Notes: generated from the letters alone by a model not told the origin. A stretch of 64,000 nt of DNA from Planctomycetota bacterium (GCA_965223545.1 OZ245006.1:6464001-6528000); one strand, 5' to 3'; shown: positions 50,167-59,987, numbered from the stretch's first letter. Numbers and translations are program-made.

Positions 50167-51798
50167 ATGACGCTGAGACTCGTCGACGATCCGAAGGGCA
50201 AGGTCATCTTGTTCTTTCCGATCCTCTGGGACACGCAGTTCCCGCTGTGGCCGCCGTTGTGCTTGTACGCGATCGCGACCTCGCTGCTCCACGCCGGCTA
50301 TGAAGTCGTGCTGATCGACGAACGCGTCGATCCACAGCCGCGCGACAAGCTGCTGGCGGAACTGAGCGACGCCGTGTTCGTCGGCATCTCGGCAAAGGCC
50401 AACGGCCAGTGTCGCAACATGGACCAAGTCGCGCGGCTGGTGAAGCAGCACGCGCCGGAGATGCCAGTCGTGGTCGGTGGGTGGTTCGCGGGCTTGTATC
50501 CGCACCAGACCATCACCGTTCCCTACATCGACGTCGCGATCATCGGGCCGGGAGACGTCGCCGTCCCCGAAGTCGCCGACCGACTGCGAGAGGGGCGGTC
50601 GCTCGAAGGCATCGACAACGTCTTCTTCCGCGCCGGCGGCAAGGTGACGAAGAACCACATCGGGCACCTGCCGCCCATCGAAGAGACTCATCCCATCGAC
50701 TGGGAGCGGATCGGGATCCGGCGCTACATCCACCCGCACGGCTGGCTCAACTACTTCACCTCGAGGGGCTGCCCCGGCGGATGCACGTTCTGCGCCGTGT
50801 ATTGCCTCGACCCCCGCCGGTGGACGGCGCTGCCGGCCGATCGCGTCGTCGACGAAATCGAGGTCTTGACCCGGCGCATCGGGGCGGAGGCGCTGCACAT
50901 CATGGACACCGACTTCTGCGCGAACCTGAACCGGGTCGAGCAGATTTGTCGGGGGATCCTCGAACGCGGGATCAAGGTGCGCTTCAACATCCTCGGTCGC
51001 CACTACACGATCCGGAGAATGTCCGACGAGCAGCTGCGCCTGCTGCGGCTGGCCGGCTGCAACGAAGTCGAAGTCGGCCTCGAGACCGGGTCCCAGCGCC
51101 TTTCCGACGCGATCAACAAGCAATGCGACGTGGAGGAATTTCCGGCTACCGTGCGTCGCTTCGTGGCGGCCGGTATCCGCATGCGAATCAATGCCATGCT
51201 GGCGATTCCCAGCGAAACGCGAGAAGACCTCGCCGCCACGTTCCGCATCCTGCTCGGCCTGCGCGACCTCGGCAACCGGGCCATTCGCGTGCAGATGTTC
51301 CGGTTCACGCCGTTTCCCGACGTGCCCGCCGGCAAGGAAGTCCTCAAGATGACCCGCCGTGGCCACGTCGGCCGCGAGACGTTGACCTATGACGAGCTGC
51401 TGAACTTCCCCGTCGACAACGACGACACGTCGATGTTCTGGTTGTCCGAGCAGCACGAGTCGGACGTGCGACGGGCGTACGAGTTCTACGCGCCCCTCTT
51501 GTTCTACAAGAACTCCTTCGACACGGCGCGCGGCCGCCCGATTTGGCGCCGGGTCTTGCGGCTCTTCGAGCGCACTGCTGCCTGGCGCGTCGCCCGGGGC
51601 GACTACCGTTTGCCGGTGGAGCTCTGGCTCAATCGCTGGTTTGGCCGGCCCATGCCGCGCGGGGCAGACGAGGGGATCTCGCCCGCCGCGGACCAGCTGC
51701 CCGTGCCGCCCGAGATGGGGCAGACGCTCGACCTCTCTCCGCCGCTGCCGATCCCCGACCGGACGGGGACGGGACACCGGTCGGCGGTGGCGCCGTGA
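50167..51798 (+). CDS. B12-binding domain radical SAM protein
   Basis: RBS AAGGAGG; 'PPLCLYAIATSL', 'VVVGGW', CxxxCxxC 'SRGCPGGCTFC', 'GLETGS'. Confidence 0.9.
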   Translation: MTLRLVDDPKGKVILFFPILWDTQFPLWPPLCLYAIATSLLHAGYEVVLIDERVDPQPRDKLLAELSDAVFVGISAKANGQCRNMDQVARLVKQHAPEMPVVVGGWFAGLYPHQTITVPYIDVAIIGPGDVAVPEVADRLREGRSLEGIDNVFFRAGGKVTKNHIGHLPPIEETHPIDWERIGIRRYIHPHGWLNYFTSRGCPGGCTFCAVYCLDPRRWTALPADRVVDEIEVLTRRIGAEALHIMDTDFCANLNRVEQICRGILERGIKVRFNILGRHYTIRRMSDEQLRLLRLAGCNEVEVGLETGSQRLSDAINKQCDVEEFPATVRRFVAAGIRMRINAMLAIPSETREDLAATFRILLGLRDLGNRAIRVQMFRFTPFPDVPAGKEVLKMTRRGHVGRETLTYDELLNFPVDNDDTSMFWLSEQHESDVRRAYEFYAPLLFYKNSFDTARGRPIWRRVLRLFERTAAWRVARGDYRLPVELWLNRWFGRPMPRGADEGISPAADQLPVPPEMGQTLDLSPPLPIPDRTGTGHRSAVAP

Positions 51799-52367
51799 TC
51801 CATCGCGGTCTCGAAGACCTCGCGGTTGCGCGCCTCCTGCGCAGCAACTTCGAGGCAATCCAAGCCGAGATCGATGCGGTGCCCCGCGCGTGCTTCGAGC
51901 TGTGGCCGCAGCCGGAGTACGCAGGCAGCTGGCGAATGATGCCGCTGAAGTTCGATGACCGTCCCGATGGCTTTGTCCGCACGCCCGAGAGCAACCGGGA
52001 GGTCGTGCCCGTGACCTGGCGCCTGCTCGCGGTGGCGCCGGGCCTGATGCGGGCCGTGGTGTCCCTGTTGGGGCCGCAGACGCACGTTGCTCCGCACACC
52101 GGTGTGATGGACCCCCCGCCGTTCCGCATCCATTTCGCGCTGCGCGTCCCCGACGCGGCCGGCCTTCGCGTGTTGGAGGAGCGGCTGCGTCCGGTCCCCG
52201 GGGAACCGATCGGCTTCGACCCGCGCCTCGAGCACGAAGCTGCCAACATGTCGACGACCGAAGACCGCCTCATCCTGGTCGTTGACGTTCGACTGACCGG
52301 TGCGCTGGCTGCCAAGTACTTGACCGGTGGATCGGCCAAGGGCAATCCGTGGACGTCTCCATCCTGA
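51795..52367 (+). CDS. Aspartyl/asparaginyl beta-hydroxylase-domain protein
   Basis: GTGA overlap with the upstream stop; 'NFEAIQAE', 'SLLGPQTHVAPHTG', 'RIHFAL', 'FD...EHEAAN', 'DRLILVVD'. Confidence 0.82.
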   Translation: MIHRGLEDLAVARLLRSNFEAIQAEIDAVPRACFELWPQPEYAGSWRMMPLKFDDRPDGFVRTPESNREVVPVTWRLLAVAPGLMRAVVSLLGPQTHVAPHTGVMDPPPFRIHFALRVPDAAGLRVLEERLRPVPGEPIGFDPRLEHEAANMSTTEDRLILVVDVRLTGALAAKYLTGGSAKGNPWTSPS

Positions 52368-53566
52368 TCGTCAACTACCGCACGTGGGGTCACTGCGCGG
52401 AGGCTCTCGAATCGATCGCGCTCCACCCGCCGGACGGCTCCCGCTCGCGGAACGCGGTGGAATCGCGGGCCGCCGGCAGTGCGGGGCTGCGCTACGAAGT
52501 CGTCGTCGTCGACAATGCGTCGCCACCGCCGCCGCCGCTGGTGCGAGCGCGCTTCGAGCGCGCGCTCGCATCGGTCGGCGGTCGCTTGATTCGAAGCGCG
52601 GAAAACATCGGTTATGCACGCGCGGCAAACCTGGCGTGCCGCGCGACGACGGGGCGGTGCGTCGTCGTGAGCAATGCTGACGTCATCTTTCAGAAGCGGA
52701 CGATCGGCGTGCTGGTCGACTACTTGCTTCGGCATCGCGACGCCGGAGCGGTGGGCCCGGAAGTGTTCTGGGATGACTCGCAGACCTGCCGCATGCCCGA
52801 CAACTTCTTGCCGGCAGCACGCCACCAGTTGTACGAGCTCGCGATGCGCGCAAGTCCCCGCCTGGAGCGCCGCTTTGCCCGGCGCACGTTGCGGCGCCAG
52901 CTGGCGCTCTGGCAGTCGCGGACGCCGACCGACGTCGACATGCTGACCGGGTGTTGTCTCGCGCTGCGGCGGGACGTGATCGATGCGATCGGGCTGTTCG
53001 ACGAGCAGTTTCCGTTGTTCCTCGAGGACGCGGACCTCGCGATGCGCCTGCGGCGCGAAGGATTGCGCAGCGTGGTCGTGAAGCCGTCGACCCTGGTCCA
53101 CAAGTTCAGCCGCTCGGTCGGGATGGACCCGGAAACAGCGATGGCGAAGTACTGGACCAGCTTGCGGCGCTATCACGCCAAGTGGCATGGCCGCCTCGGC
53201 ATCGCATCGGGACGGGTCTACCGGAGTCTGACCGAGCGTTGGCAGCGAGCGGGCTCCTCGACCGGCCCGCCGCCCTGGGTCGTGGACATCGAGTCCGCGG
53301 CCAAGCCGGTGCTGAACCTGCCGCGGCACTGCGCCAGCTACTGCGTGCAGGTCGCGGTCGAGCCGAGCTTTCAGGCCATGTCCGGCGTACTGGGTTCCGG
53401 CGACTCGTGGACTCCCGACGACTCCTTGTTCGCCCGGTTCGGCCAGCGCGCGTGGTTTCGTGTGTTCGATCTCTCCTCCGGATCGCCGACCGTACTCCGT
53501 GCATATCGCTTCACCCGCAGCGACAACGGGACCCGTGGTCTGGCGGCGTCGCAACCAAGGCGGTAG
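52349..53566 (+). CDS. Glycosyltransferase family 2
   Basis: 'SILIVNY', 'VVVDNAS', 'NIGYARAAN', 'FDEQFPLFLEDADL'. Confidence 0.9.
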   Translation: MDVSILIVNYRTWGHCAEALESIALHPPDGSRSRNAVESRAAGSAGLRYEVVVVDNASPPPPPLVRARFERALASVGGRLIRSAENIGYARAANLACRATTGRCVVVSNADVIFQKRTIGVLVDYLLRHRDAGAVGPEVFWDDSQTCRMPDNFLPAARHQLYELAMRASPRLERRFARRTLRRQLALWQSRTPTDVDMLTGCCLALRRDVIDAIGLFDEQFPLFLEDADLAMRLRREGLRSVVVKPSTLVHKFSRSVGMDPETAMAKYWTSLRRYHAKWHGRLGIASGRVYRSLTERWQRAGSSTGPPPWVVDIESAAKPVLNLPRHCASYCVQVAVEPSFQAMSGVLGSGDSWTPDDSLFARFGQRAWFRVFDLSSGSPTVLRAYRFTRSDNGTRGLAASQPRR

Positions 53567-53578
53567 GGCAGAGTCGGC

Positions 53579-56011
53579 ATGGGCGACCGCGTGATCACGG
53601 CGAGGGCGCGGGTGCGGGGATGGCACGCCCTCGCGGCGTCTGTGCTCGTCGCTCTCGCCGTGCTCTTCGTGCTGTGGGAAGCGCTGTTCTGCGACGCGTT
53701 ACTGCTCAGCTTCGACAACCGCCTCGTGCCTCCGTTTCGCGTCCACGTCGAGGCGGGAGAACCGGCGCGCCCGATGAACATGGTCACCGGTGACGTCAAT
53801 GCCTACTACGCGCCGGAGACCATGATCAGCGTCACTCGGCTGCGGGCGGGCGAGGTGCCGTTGTGGAACGAACACCAGCTCATGGGGCAGCCGCAGCTCG
53901 CCAGCATGGGCTTCGCGGTGTTCTATCCGACCTGTCCTCTGTTTCTGATCCTCGACCCCCTGCGCGCGTACGCGGTTTCGGTTGCGCTGCACCTCGTGCT
54001 TCTCGGCGTCGGTGTGTGGTGGCTCTGTCGGTCTCACAACCTGTCGTTCGCCGCCGCGCTGCTGGGTGCGTTGGGGGCCATGTTCTCCGCGTTCTCCGTT
54101 CTCCACGTCCACCTGCCCGGCTTCCTGTACGCGTTCGCGTGGTTGCCGTGGATCGTGCTCGCCGCCGAGAGGCTTGCCCGAGCACCGAGCCGCCGCGCGG
54201 TGGGCGTTCTCGCGTCGGTTCTCGCACTTTGCCTGCTCGCCGGCTGCCCGCAGATCGCGGCGATCTCGGCGTACGCGGCGGCCGTGGCGTTCTTGGTGGC
54301 GGCGCCGCGCGTGCACGCCGTTGCTGCGGCGCTGGTTGCCGGTGTGCTCGGCTGCGTTGCTGCCGCTGTCTTGCTGCTGCCGGGTCTCGAGCTCTACCAA
54401 GCATCGACCCGCGCGGTGTCCGAGCTCGCCGCTCTGCACTCGGCCGAATCGCTCGAGCCGCCCGCTCTGGTCGGATTCGTCCTGCCACATGCGTTCGGCC
54501 ATCCGGTGCAGGAGGTCAGCGTCGTGCATGCCGACGCCCGCAGGGTGGAGTCGTTCCCGTCGAATCGGTGGCTGTCGCCGGATGACGAGAACAACATGAT
54601 CGACAATGCGACGTACTTCGGCGTGATTCCGTTCGCGCTGGCGTTGCTCGCCCTGCCGCGTCGTCGCAACCTGGCATACACCGCGCTCTTCTCGGTCTCG
54701 TTGCTGGCGGCGCTGGGTGTACCGTGGCTGGCGGCCGGGATCGGCGTGCTGCCAGGAGTGGGGGTTGGCAGCCCCAAACGCGTGCTGTGCGTCACGGCAT
54801 TTGCGGGCGCGGTACTCGCCGCATCGACGCTGGATCGGCTGCAACGAGGTGGGGCGAACGGGCGTGCCCTGGCGATCCTCGGTGTCGGGTTTCTGTTGTT
54901 GTCGGGGATCGCGCTGTTTCCGTTCGAGCAGTGGCTGTTCAGCAGCCTTGCCGAGGACGAGCAGCGTTGGTTTCGCTCGACGCTGGTGGCGGACCTGACG
55001 CGTCTGGCCGCGGCAGGCGTCGTTCTGGTCGCCGCCTGGTGGCTGTGCCGCGCCAACCGCGGAGCCGTGGCCGTGGGCGTGCTGCTGATCGGCAGTGCCG
55101 CCGAGCTGACCAGCTATGCCCGTGCCACCAATCCGGCGCAGCGCCGGACGGGGCAGTACGACGCGACTTCCGCGATCGAGTGGATGCGGGCAAACGATGC
55201 GCGCTACGTGTCGTTCGATCTGACCGAGGCGCTGCCGGCGTGCGTTGTCCAGGTGTTCGGTCTGCGCTCGTGCAATGGCTACTACCCGCTGCTGGGGCGT
55301 GAGTCTTACGAGCTACTCGCGGCGCTCGAGCCGGGCTTGATCCGCAACGGCACGCGGGTCGTCGGTGCCGTGCGCGAGCTCGCCACGCTGTCGTCGCCGC
55401 TGTTGGACCTCTTCGGTGTGCGCTACGTCGCGACGAGCGTGAACGGACACAATCGGCTGCGGGCGGCCGGGTGGACGCCCAGCTATGTCGGGGAGCGAGA
55501 GCGACTCGCCATCTACGTGCGCCCGACCGCGTTGCAGCCCGCGTTCCTCGTTGCCCGCGTCTCGTCAATGAGCGATCGCGATGCGCGGCTGCGGCGGTTG
55601 TGTGCTCTCGACTTCGTGCCCGGTGAGGAAGCGCTCGTGGAGCAGCCGATCTCGCACCCGCGGTCCGGCCTCGTCCAAGGACCGGTGCACTACACGCGGG
55701 TCGGGCCCGAGCGCATCCTTCTCGATGTCGCGGTGGACGGCCCGGCCTTCGTCGTCGTATCGGAGACCTTTGCCCCCGGGTGGCAGGCGACAGTGGACGG
55801 CCAACCGGCGCCGCTGCTGCGCACGGATCACGCGTTGATGGGCGTGCCGCTACCTGCCGGAGCGCGCCGCGTCGAGATCTCCTACCGACCCGCGTCGTTC
55901 ACGCTGGGTGCGGTGTTGTCCGTCCTCGGGCTGCTCGCCTGCGCGTGGCTGTCGTGGTGGCGTCGCGACACCGTTCATCAGTCGCCGGGCGACAGCAGGT
56001 CGGTGAAGTAG
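53579..56011 (+). CDS. YfhO-family polytopic membrane protein (GT-C-like)
   Basis: 'GEVPLWNEHQLMGQP', 'FYP', many transmembrane helices, C-terminal 'VVSETFAPGWQATVDG...GVPLPAG'. Confidence 0.88.
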   Translation: MGDRVITARARVRGWHALAASVLVALAVLFVLWEALFCDALLLSFDNRLVPPFRVHVEAGEPARPMNMVTGDVNAYYAPETMISVTRLRAGEVPLWNEHQLMGQPQLASMGFAVFYPTCPLFLILDPLRAYAVSVALHLVLLGVGVWWLCRSHNLSFAAALLGALGAMFSAFSVLHVHLPGFLYAFAWLPWIVLAAERLARAPSRRAVGVLASVLALCLLAGCPQIAAISAYAAAVAFLVAAPRVHAVAAALVAGVLGCVAAAVLLLPGLELYQASTRAVSELAALHSAESLEPPALVGFVLPHAFGHPVQEVSVVHADARRVESFPSNRWLSPDDENNMIDNATYFGVIPFALALLALPRRRNLAYTALFSVSLLAALGVPWLAAGIGVLPGVGVGSPKRVLCVTAFAGAVLAASTLDRLQRGGANGRALAILGVGFLLLSGIALFPFEQWLFSSLAEDEQRWFRSTLVADLTRLAAAGVVLVAAWWLCRANRGAVAVGVLLIGSAAELTSYARATNPAQRRTGQYDATSAIEWMRANDARYVSFDLTEALPACVVQVFGLRSCNGYYPLLGRESYELLAALEPGLIRNGTRVVGAVRELATLSSPLLDLFGVRYVATSVNGHNRLRAAGWTPSYVGERERLAIYVRPTALQPAFLVARVSSMSDRDARLRRLCALDFVPGEEALVEQPISHPRSGLVQGPVHYTRVGPERILLDVAVDGPAFVVVSETFAPGWQATVDGQPAPLLRTDHALMGVPLPAGARRVEISYRPASFTLGAVLSVLGLLACAWLSWWRRDTVHQSPGDSRSVK

Positions 56012-57090
56012 CCGACGAACAACGGCGTGCGGGCGTCGGGGCGGCAAACGTGCACGCTGGCATCCTCCGCGGATAGCAGCAGCAGGTGCGGTCCTTTGGC
56101 CGCGGGAGAAGTCGCGATGGCGAACGGAGTGCACGCCGCAGGAATCGCAGCGTCGATCCTACTGAGATGCGCGGCCTCGATCTGCGTGCGCTCGGAGCTG
56201 GGCAGCCGCGACCAGCAGAACACCAGGAGCGAAACCTCGACCTGCGCTTTGCCCAGCGGCAGCAGGCCGGCGGGGGCGCGAAACCGCGCGCCGTGCAGCT
56301 TGGCTACGATCGACTGCGCGTGGATCGCTTGTCGGCGGACGAAGTTGCGGTCGCCGGCGGTCGATGGCATCCAGCGGACGGAGGGCTGCAATCCGGTGTC
56401 GTCGCCGGTGTGCCGGCGGTCGAGCGCGTAGTAGTACACCGCGATGCTGTTTCGGCGGCGGTCGCGCGGGCAGCGCAAGGGCTGCGGGTGGCCGTGGAAA
56501 GACCGCGTTCCGGTTTCGAACAACACGGCGCGGTTGGCGACCGGGAGGATCCGTGCGCACGGCGCGCTTGCCTCGCTCCAGAACTCCAGATGGCCGCCGT
56601 ACTCCTCCCGCCAGTCGCGGTTGAGGAACAGGATGAAGTTCAACACCTGGTGTAGGCGGTGGGCGCTGTGGGGGTGGCGGTTGGTGTCGGTGTGGACCAT
56701 CAATCTGCCGTCGCGCCCCGTGCTGTGTAGACCGCACCCGTTGAAGGTGGGGTCGACGATGATGTGGTCGATGCCGGTCAACTTCTCGAGAAACGCGACA
56801 AACGTCGCCGAGACCAACTGACCGAGAAAGTGTCGTGTGAAAGGCCCGAGGTCCGTCTCCCGAGAACGCCCGAGCTTGTGCACGCTCGTGGGATGCGGCC
56901 CCCACTGCGTCCATCGCGCATCGTCCGCCGGCGGGAACTCCCCGATCAGTTGATCGAGAATGCTTGCCGGCACGAAGTCGTCGACCACGACATGGGGAAA
57001 GGGTGCAGCCGCACCAAACTCATCAGCGCGCGCGCTCGCGATCCCATCGAGCCGCAGCTCGTCGAAGTAGAACGCCGGAATCTGCCCCAT
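55978..57090 (-). CDS. 2OG-Fe(II) oxygenase
   Basis: 'PFPHVVVDDF', HxD 'VHTD', 'FLNRDWREEYGGHLEFW', 'SFHG', 'RNSIAVYYY'. Confidence 0.88.
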   Translation of the reverse strand: MGQIPAFYFDELRLDGIASARADEFGAAAPFPHVVVDDFVPASILDQLIGEFPPADDARWTQWGPHPTSVHKLGRSRETDLGPFTRHFLGQLVSATFVAFLEKLTGIDHIIVDPTFNGCGLHSTGRDGRLMVHTDTNRHPHSAHRLHQVLNFILFLNRDWREEYGGHLEFWSEASAPCARILPVANRAVLFETGTRSFHGHPQPLRCPRDRRRNSIAVYYYALDRRHTGDDTGLQPSVRWMPSTAGDRNFVRRQAIHAQSIVAKLHGARFRAPAGLLPLGKAQVEVSLLVFCWSRLPSSERTQIEAAHLSRIDAAIPAACTPFAIATSPAAKGPHLLLLSAEDASVHVCRPDARTPLFVGYFTDLLSPGD

Positions 57091-57111
57091 CGCACTCCAA
57101 TCCTACCGTCC

Positions 57112-57148
57112 GCGAGAAGTACCGAGTCAGACTCGATTTTCTCGCTTC
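57112..57148 (+). repeat. GTAC-palindrome repeat copy 5 (type B)
   Basis: GCGAGAA GTAC CGAGTC A GACTCG A TTTTCTCGCTTC; outer arms GCGAGAA/TTCTCGC also pair. Confidence 0.9.
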
Positions 57149-57184
57149 CCCGCCCCCCGCCCCACACTCCGCCGCCCGATCCGG

Positions 57185-58552
57185 CTATCGGATCAAATGC
57201 CAGCGCGTCTGCCGGCCACCGATATAGCGGACCTGCCGCCCGTCGAACCACGCATCCTGCTCGAGCTTGATCTGCACCCACTGGTCATCCCACTCCGGCA
57301 GCTGCACGCGCACGTTGCCTTCGATCGCGTAGCAGGTGTCGGCCCGAAGCTGCCAATCCCCGCGCACCGGAGTCGGGCCCTGGTTGTCCCACATGCCGAT
57401 GGTCGGGCCCGCAGCGTGGCCGTGGAAGCCGAGCGGGTGTGTGTAGACCGCGCACTCGATCCCCTCCCAAGCACACTCCGAGAGAGTCGTCGCCAAGATC
57501 TTGTTGCCGGTGCTCCCTTCGACGAACGCGCTGGTCAACACGTCCTGCCACCGGTTGCCCACCGCCATCGCCTGCGCGAGTCCCGGCGGCACGTCGGCTT
57601 CGTCCGGCCGCAGCACGTACGCCATCTCTTGCGTATCCGTGCACAACCGCAGATAGCGGATGCCGACGTCGGTGTGCAGCACATCGCCGCGTTGGATGAC
57701 GGTGTCTTGGATGCCGAAGATCGCGGTCTCCGGATCCGCAGCCGCACCCCGGCGCTGCACGTTGCAGTGGGGCTGGAACCACACCGGTAGGCCCAGATCG
57801 GTGAAGCGCTGGCGCAGCCACCACCTCACGTCCTCGGTGGTCGTCACGCCCGGCGTGATCACGTCGTTGGAGAACGCCTCGGCGATCACCCCGCGCGCGA
57901 GCTGCACGATCTGCGGGTAGATCTCGAGCTCGGTCGGCGACCGCGTTTCCAACCACCGGATGCAGAGCTCCTCGGCCGACACCAGCCGCTCCGACAGCGC
58001 ACCGAGCGCCGCGACCAACCGCGCTCGAAGGCCGCTGCTCAAGCCGTCGCCGAACGCCCAGTGCTCGCTCGTGTCGACACCGATCCGCTGCGGCGCGCGC
58101 GCCGCGACGAGCTGCCGCAGTTGCTCCCACTGGGCATCGCCGGTGCCGCCCTCCCACGCGCTCTCGTACAGATCTCCCAACCCGTAGCGGCTGACCGTCA
58201 GCCGTTCGACCCCTTCGTCCGGGCCGCGGTCGTAGAACAGCAGGATCGTGGTCCGCCGCGCCGCGAACACCGGCTCCGGCACGAGCGTCAGATACACCGG
58301 ATCTTCGTTGTACTCGCGGTTGATCACGAGCCACATGTCGAGGCCCGCCTCGCGCATCAGGCCCGGCAGCAGCAGGTCCAACCGTTCGCGGAGAATGCGG
58401 TTGGCCGCCGCGGCGCGCGCGCGCTCGTCCAGGATGGCAGGAGGGCGGGGCACCGCGTAGCCCTGGTCCCAAGGGACCTGCGCGGCCTGCGCGAGCGCTC
58501 CGGTCGAAGCGGTGAAGAACATGGCAACAAGCAGGGGCAGAACCGATCGCAT
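57185..58552 (-). CDS. M24 family (Xaa-Pro aminopeptidase-like) metallopeptidase, secreted
   Basis: 'REYNEDPV', 'PGVTTTEDV', 'GDVLHTDVG...TDTQ', 'HPLGFHGH', 'AIE', 'LEQD'; signal peptide from ATG 58552. Confidence 0.88.
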   Translation of the reverse strand: MRSVLPLLVAMFFTASTGALAQAAQVPWDQGYAVPRPPAILDERARAAAANRILRERLDLLLPGLMREAGLDMWLVINREYNEDPVYLTLVPEPVFAARRTTILLFYDRGPDEGVERLTVSRYGLGDLYESAWEGGTGDAQWEQLRQLVAARAPQRIGVDTSEHWAFGDGLSSGLRARLVAALGALSERLVSAEELCIRWLETRSPTELEIYPQIVQLARGVIAEAFSNDVITPGVTTTEDVRWWLRQRFTDLGLPVWFQPHCNVQRRGAAADPETAIFGIQDTVIQRGDVLHTDVGIRYLRLCTDTQEMAYVLRPDEADVPPGLAQAMAVGNRWQDVLTSAFVEGSTGNKILATTLSECAWEGIECAVYTHPLGFHGHAAGPTIGMWDNQGPTPVRGDWQLRADTCYAIEGNVRVQLPEWDDQWVQIKLEQDAWFDGRQVRYIGGRQTRWHLIR

Positions 58553-58573
58553 AGTCACCAACTTAGCCGTTCC

Positions 58574-58609
58574 GTGAACGTACGGAGCCAGGCTCCTGTT
58601 CATCACTTC
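58574..58609 (+). repeat. GTAC-palindrome repeat copy 6 (type A)
   Basis: GTGAAC GTAC GGAGCC A GGCTCC T GTTCATCACTTC. Confidence 0.9.
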
Positions 58610-58759
58610 GCCGACGGCGAACGACGCACGCGGGTAGAATCACCGCGTGAGTTCCCGGCGTCCGAACGACGCTGGCGCAGTCCAGAATCTCGGTCGTGCT
58701 CTGTCATCCCCACTTAGCGCACCGCGGCGGCTTGTTTCGGCGCGTCGCTGCACTTGCGC

Positions 58760-58850
58760 CCGACCCGACTTTGTTCCATCGGATCGGCGGCCGCGCCGTG
58801 GTGGGGCGCATCGTCGACGGCCTCTACGATCGGATCCACGACGATCCAAG
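58760..58850 (+). pseudogene. N-terminal fragment of a truncated-haemoglobin-like globin
   Basis: 'TLFHRIGGRAVVGRIVDGLYDRIHDDP' resembles the 2/2 globin N-terminus; similarity then stops and the frame ends at 58881. Confidence 0.55.
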
Positions 58851-58852
58851 CG

Positions 58853-59659
58853 ATGGCGCCCTCGGCGCGGTTCTCCGATAACCGCGGAGTTGCCCCGGTC
58901 GTGGTGTTCGACGGTCAAGTGGCGCTGCCGGCTTCACCAGCACCGACTGGGGTGCCGGGGTGGACCTTGCCGACCGCTGCCGTCATCCCCTTCTCCACGG
59001 CGTTCGCGTACGCCGGCGGAGATTTGTGCATCGACATCGATGGCGTTCCGGTCTCTCCCCCCGCGGGCTTGAGATGGTGGGTCGACTACGATCACACCGC
59101 GCCCGTCGGCACGGTGTCGTATTTCGGTGCGGGCTGCGGTATCTCGGCCGGCCTCGTCGATCCGACAGTCACCGCGACCGCCTCCGGTCGGAACGCGGTG
59201 CCCGGCGGGTCGTGGCGCGCGCATTCGGTGGGCCGGGTCGGGGCGTTCGGCTCTCTGGCGGTGGGGCCAGCCCTCTTGTCGCCGATCGGTTTGGACGCGC
59301 TCGGGGCGCCGGGTTGCAGCTTGCTCGTGAATCCGGGGATCGTGGTGCCGGTGGGTGTCTACCCGAACTCCAGCGTTGGGCGGCCGATCGCTACCCTGCG
59401 CTACGACCTCGACGTTCCCGCGCAGGTGAGTCTGCTCGGTGGCCAGCTCTCGACGCAATGGGTGCGCGTCGAAGGGACCGCGCGCAGCAACCCCTTGGGG
59501 GTGACCACCTCGAATGCGGTTGACGTCACGCTGGCGTCGTCGCTGCCCGCAGGCGTAGCGTCGACCGTGTGGTCGGGGCCGGTCTCGACGGGGCCGCTGC
59601 CCGACCGGGGCGCAGTCAGCGTCGCGCGGGCTCCGGTACTGGCGTTGGTGGCGCAGTGA
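58853..59659 (+). pseudogene. Probably 5'-truncated secreted-type protein containing the recurrent module
   Basis: No signal peptide or RBS; 'YFGAGC...LDALGAPGCSLLV...STQW...NPLGVTTSNAV'. Confidence 0.55.
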
Positions 59660-59987
59660 GGGAGTCCGGATAGCTGACGAGTCGGCGAACGACGCCGTCT
59701 CCGAGCCTGACACTCGAGCGGCGGCCGTCGCCGAACCAAAGAACCAGCCGTGCGTCGTGGCCACCGACCGCGCGTTGGCGCGAACGCCAACAGTGCCCCC
59801 GGCACGAGGCCTACCCACCAAGTTGCGTGCACGCCCCAGGCCAGTCTCAAGACGGTCGGAGATCGCGCTCTCGCCAACGCTTCGAGTTCGACCCATGTCC
59901 TTCTCGAAGTGGGTTGGCTGACGCGGCGTTGAGGTCGGAAAAGTGGAGGGCCCGTAACGCGAGCCACGGCGCGACGTCCGTGGAGTC

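Noticed and set aside
3632..58609. The six repeats as a CRISPR array or integron attC sites
   Set aside because: They are kilobases apart with whole genes between them, and no cas or intI gene is present. They are shorter than attC sites and lack a proper RYYYAAC...GTTRRRY frame.
3632..58609. The six repeats as intrinsic terminators
   Set aside because: Orientation is fixed regardless of gene direction, several lie at gene 5' ends, and primary sequence is conserved beyond the stem.
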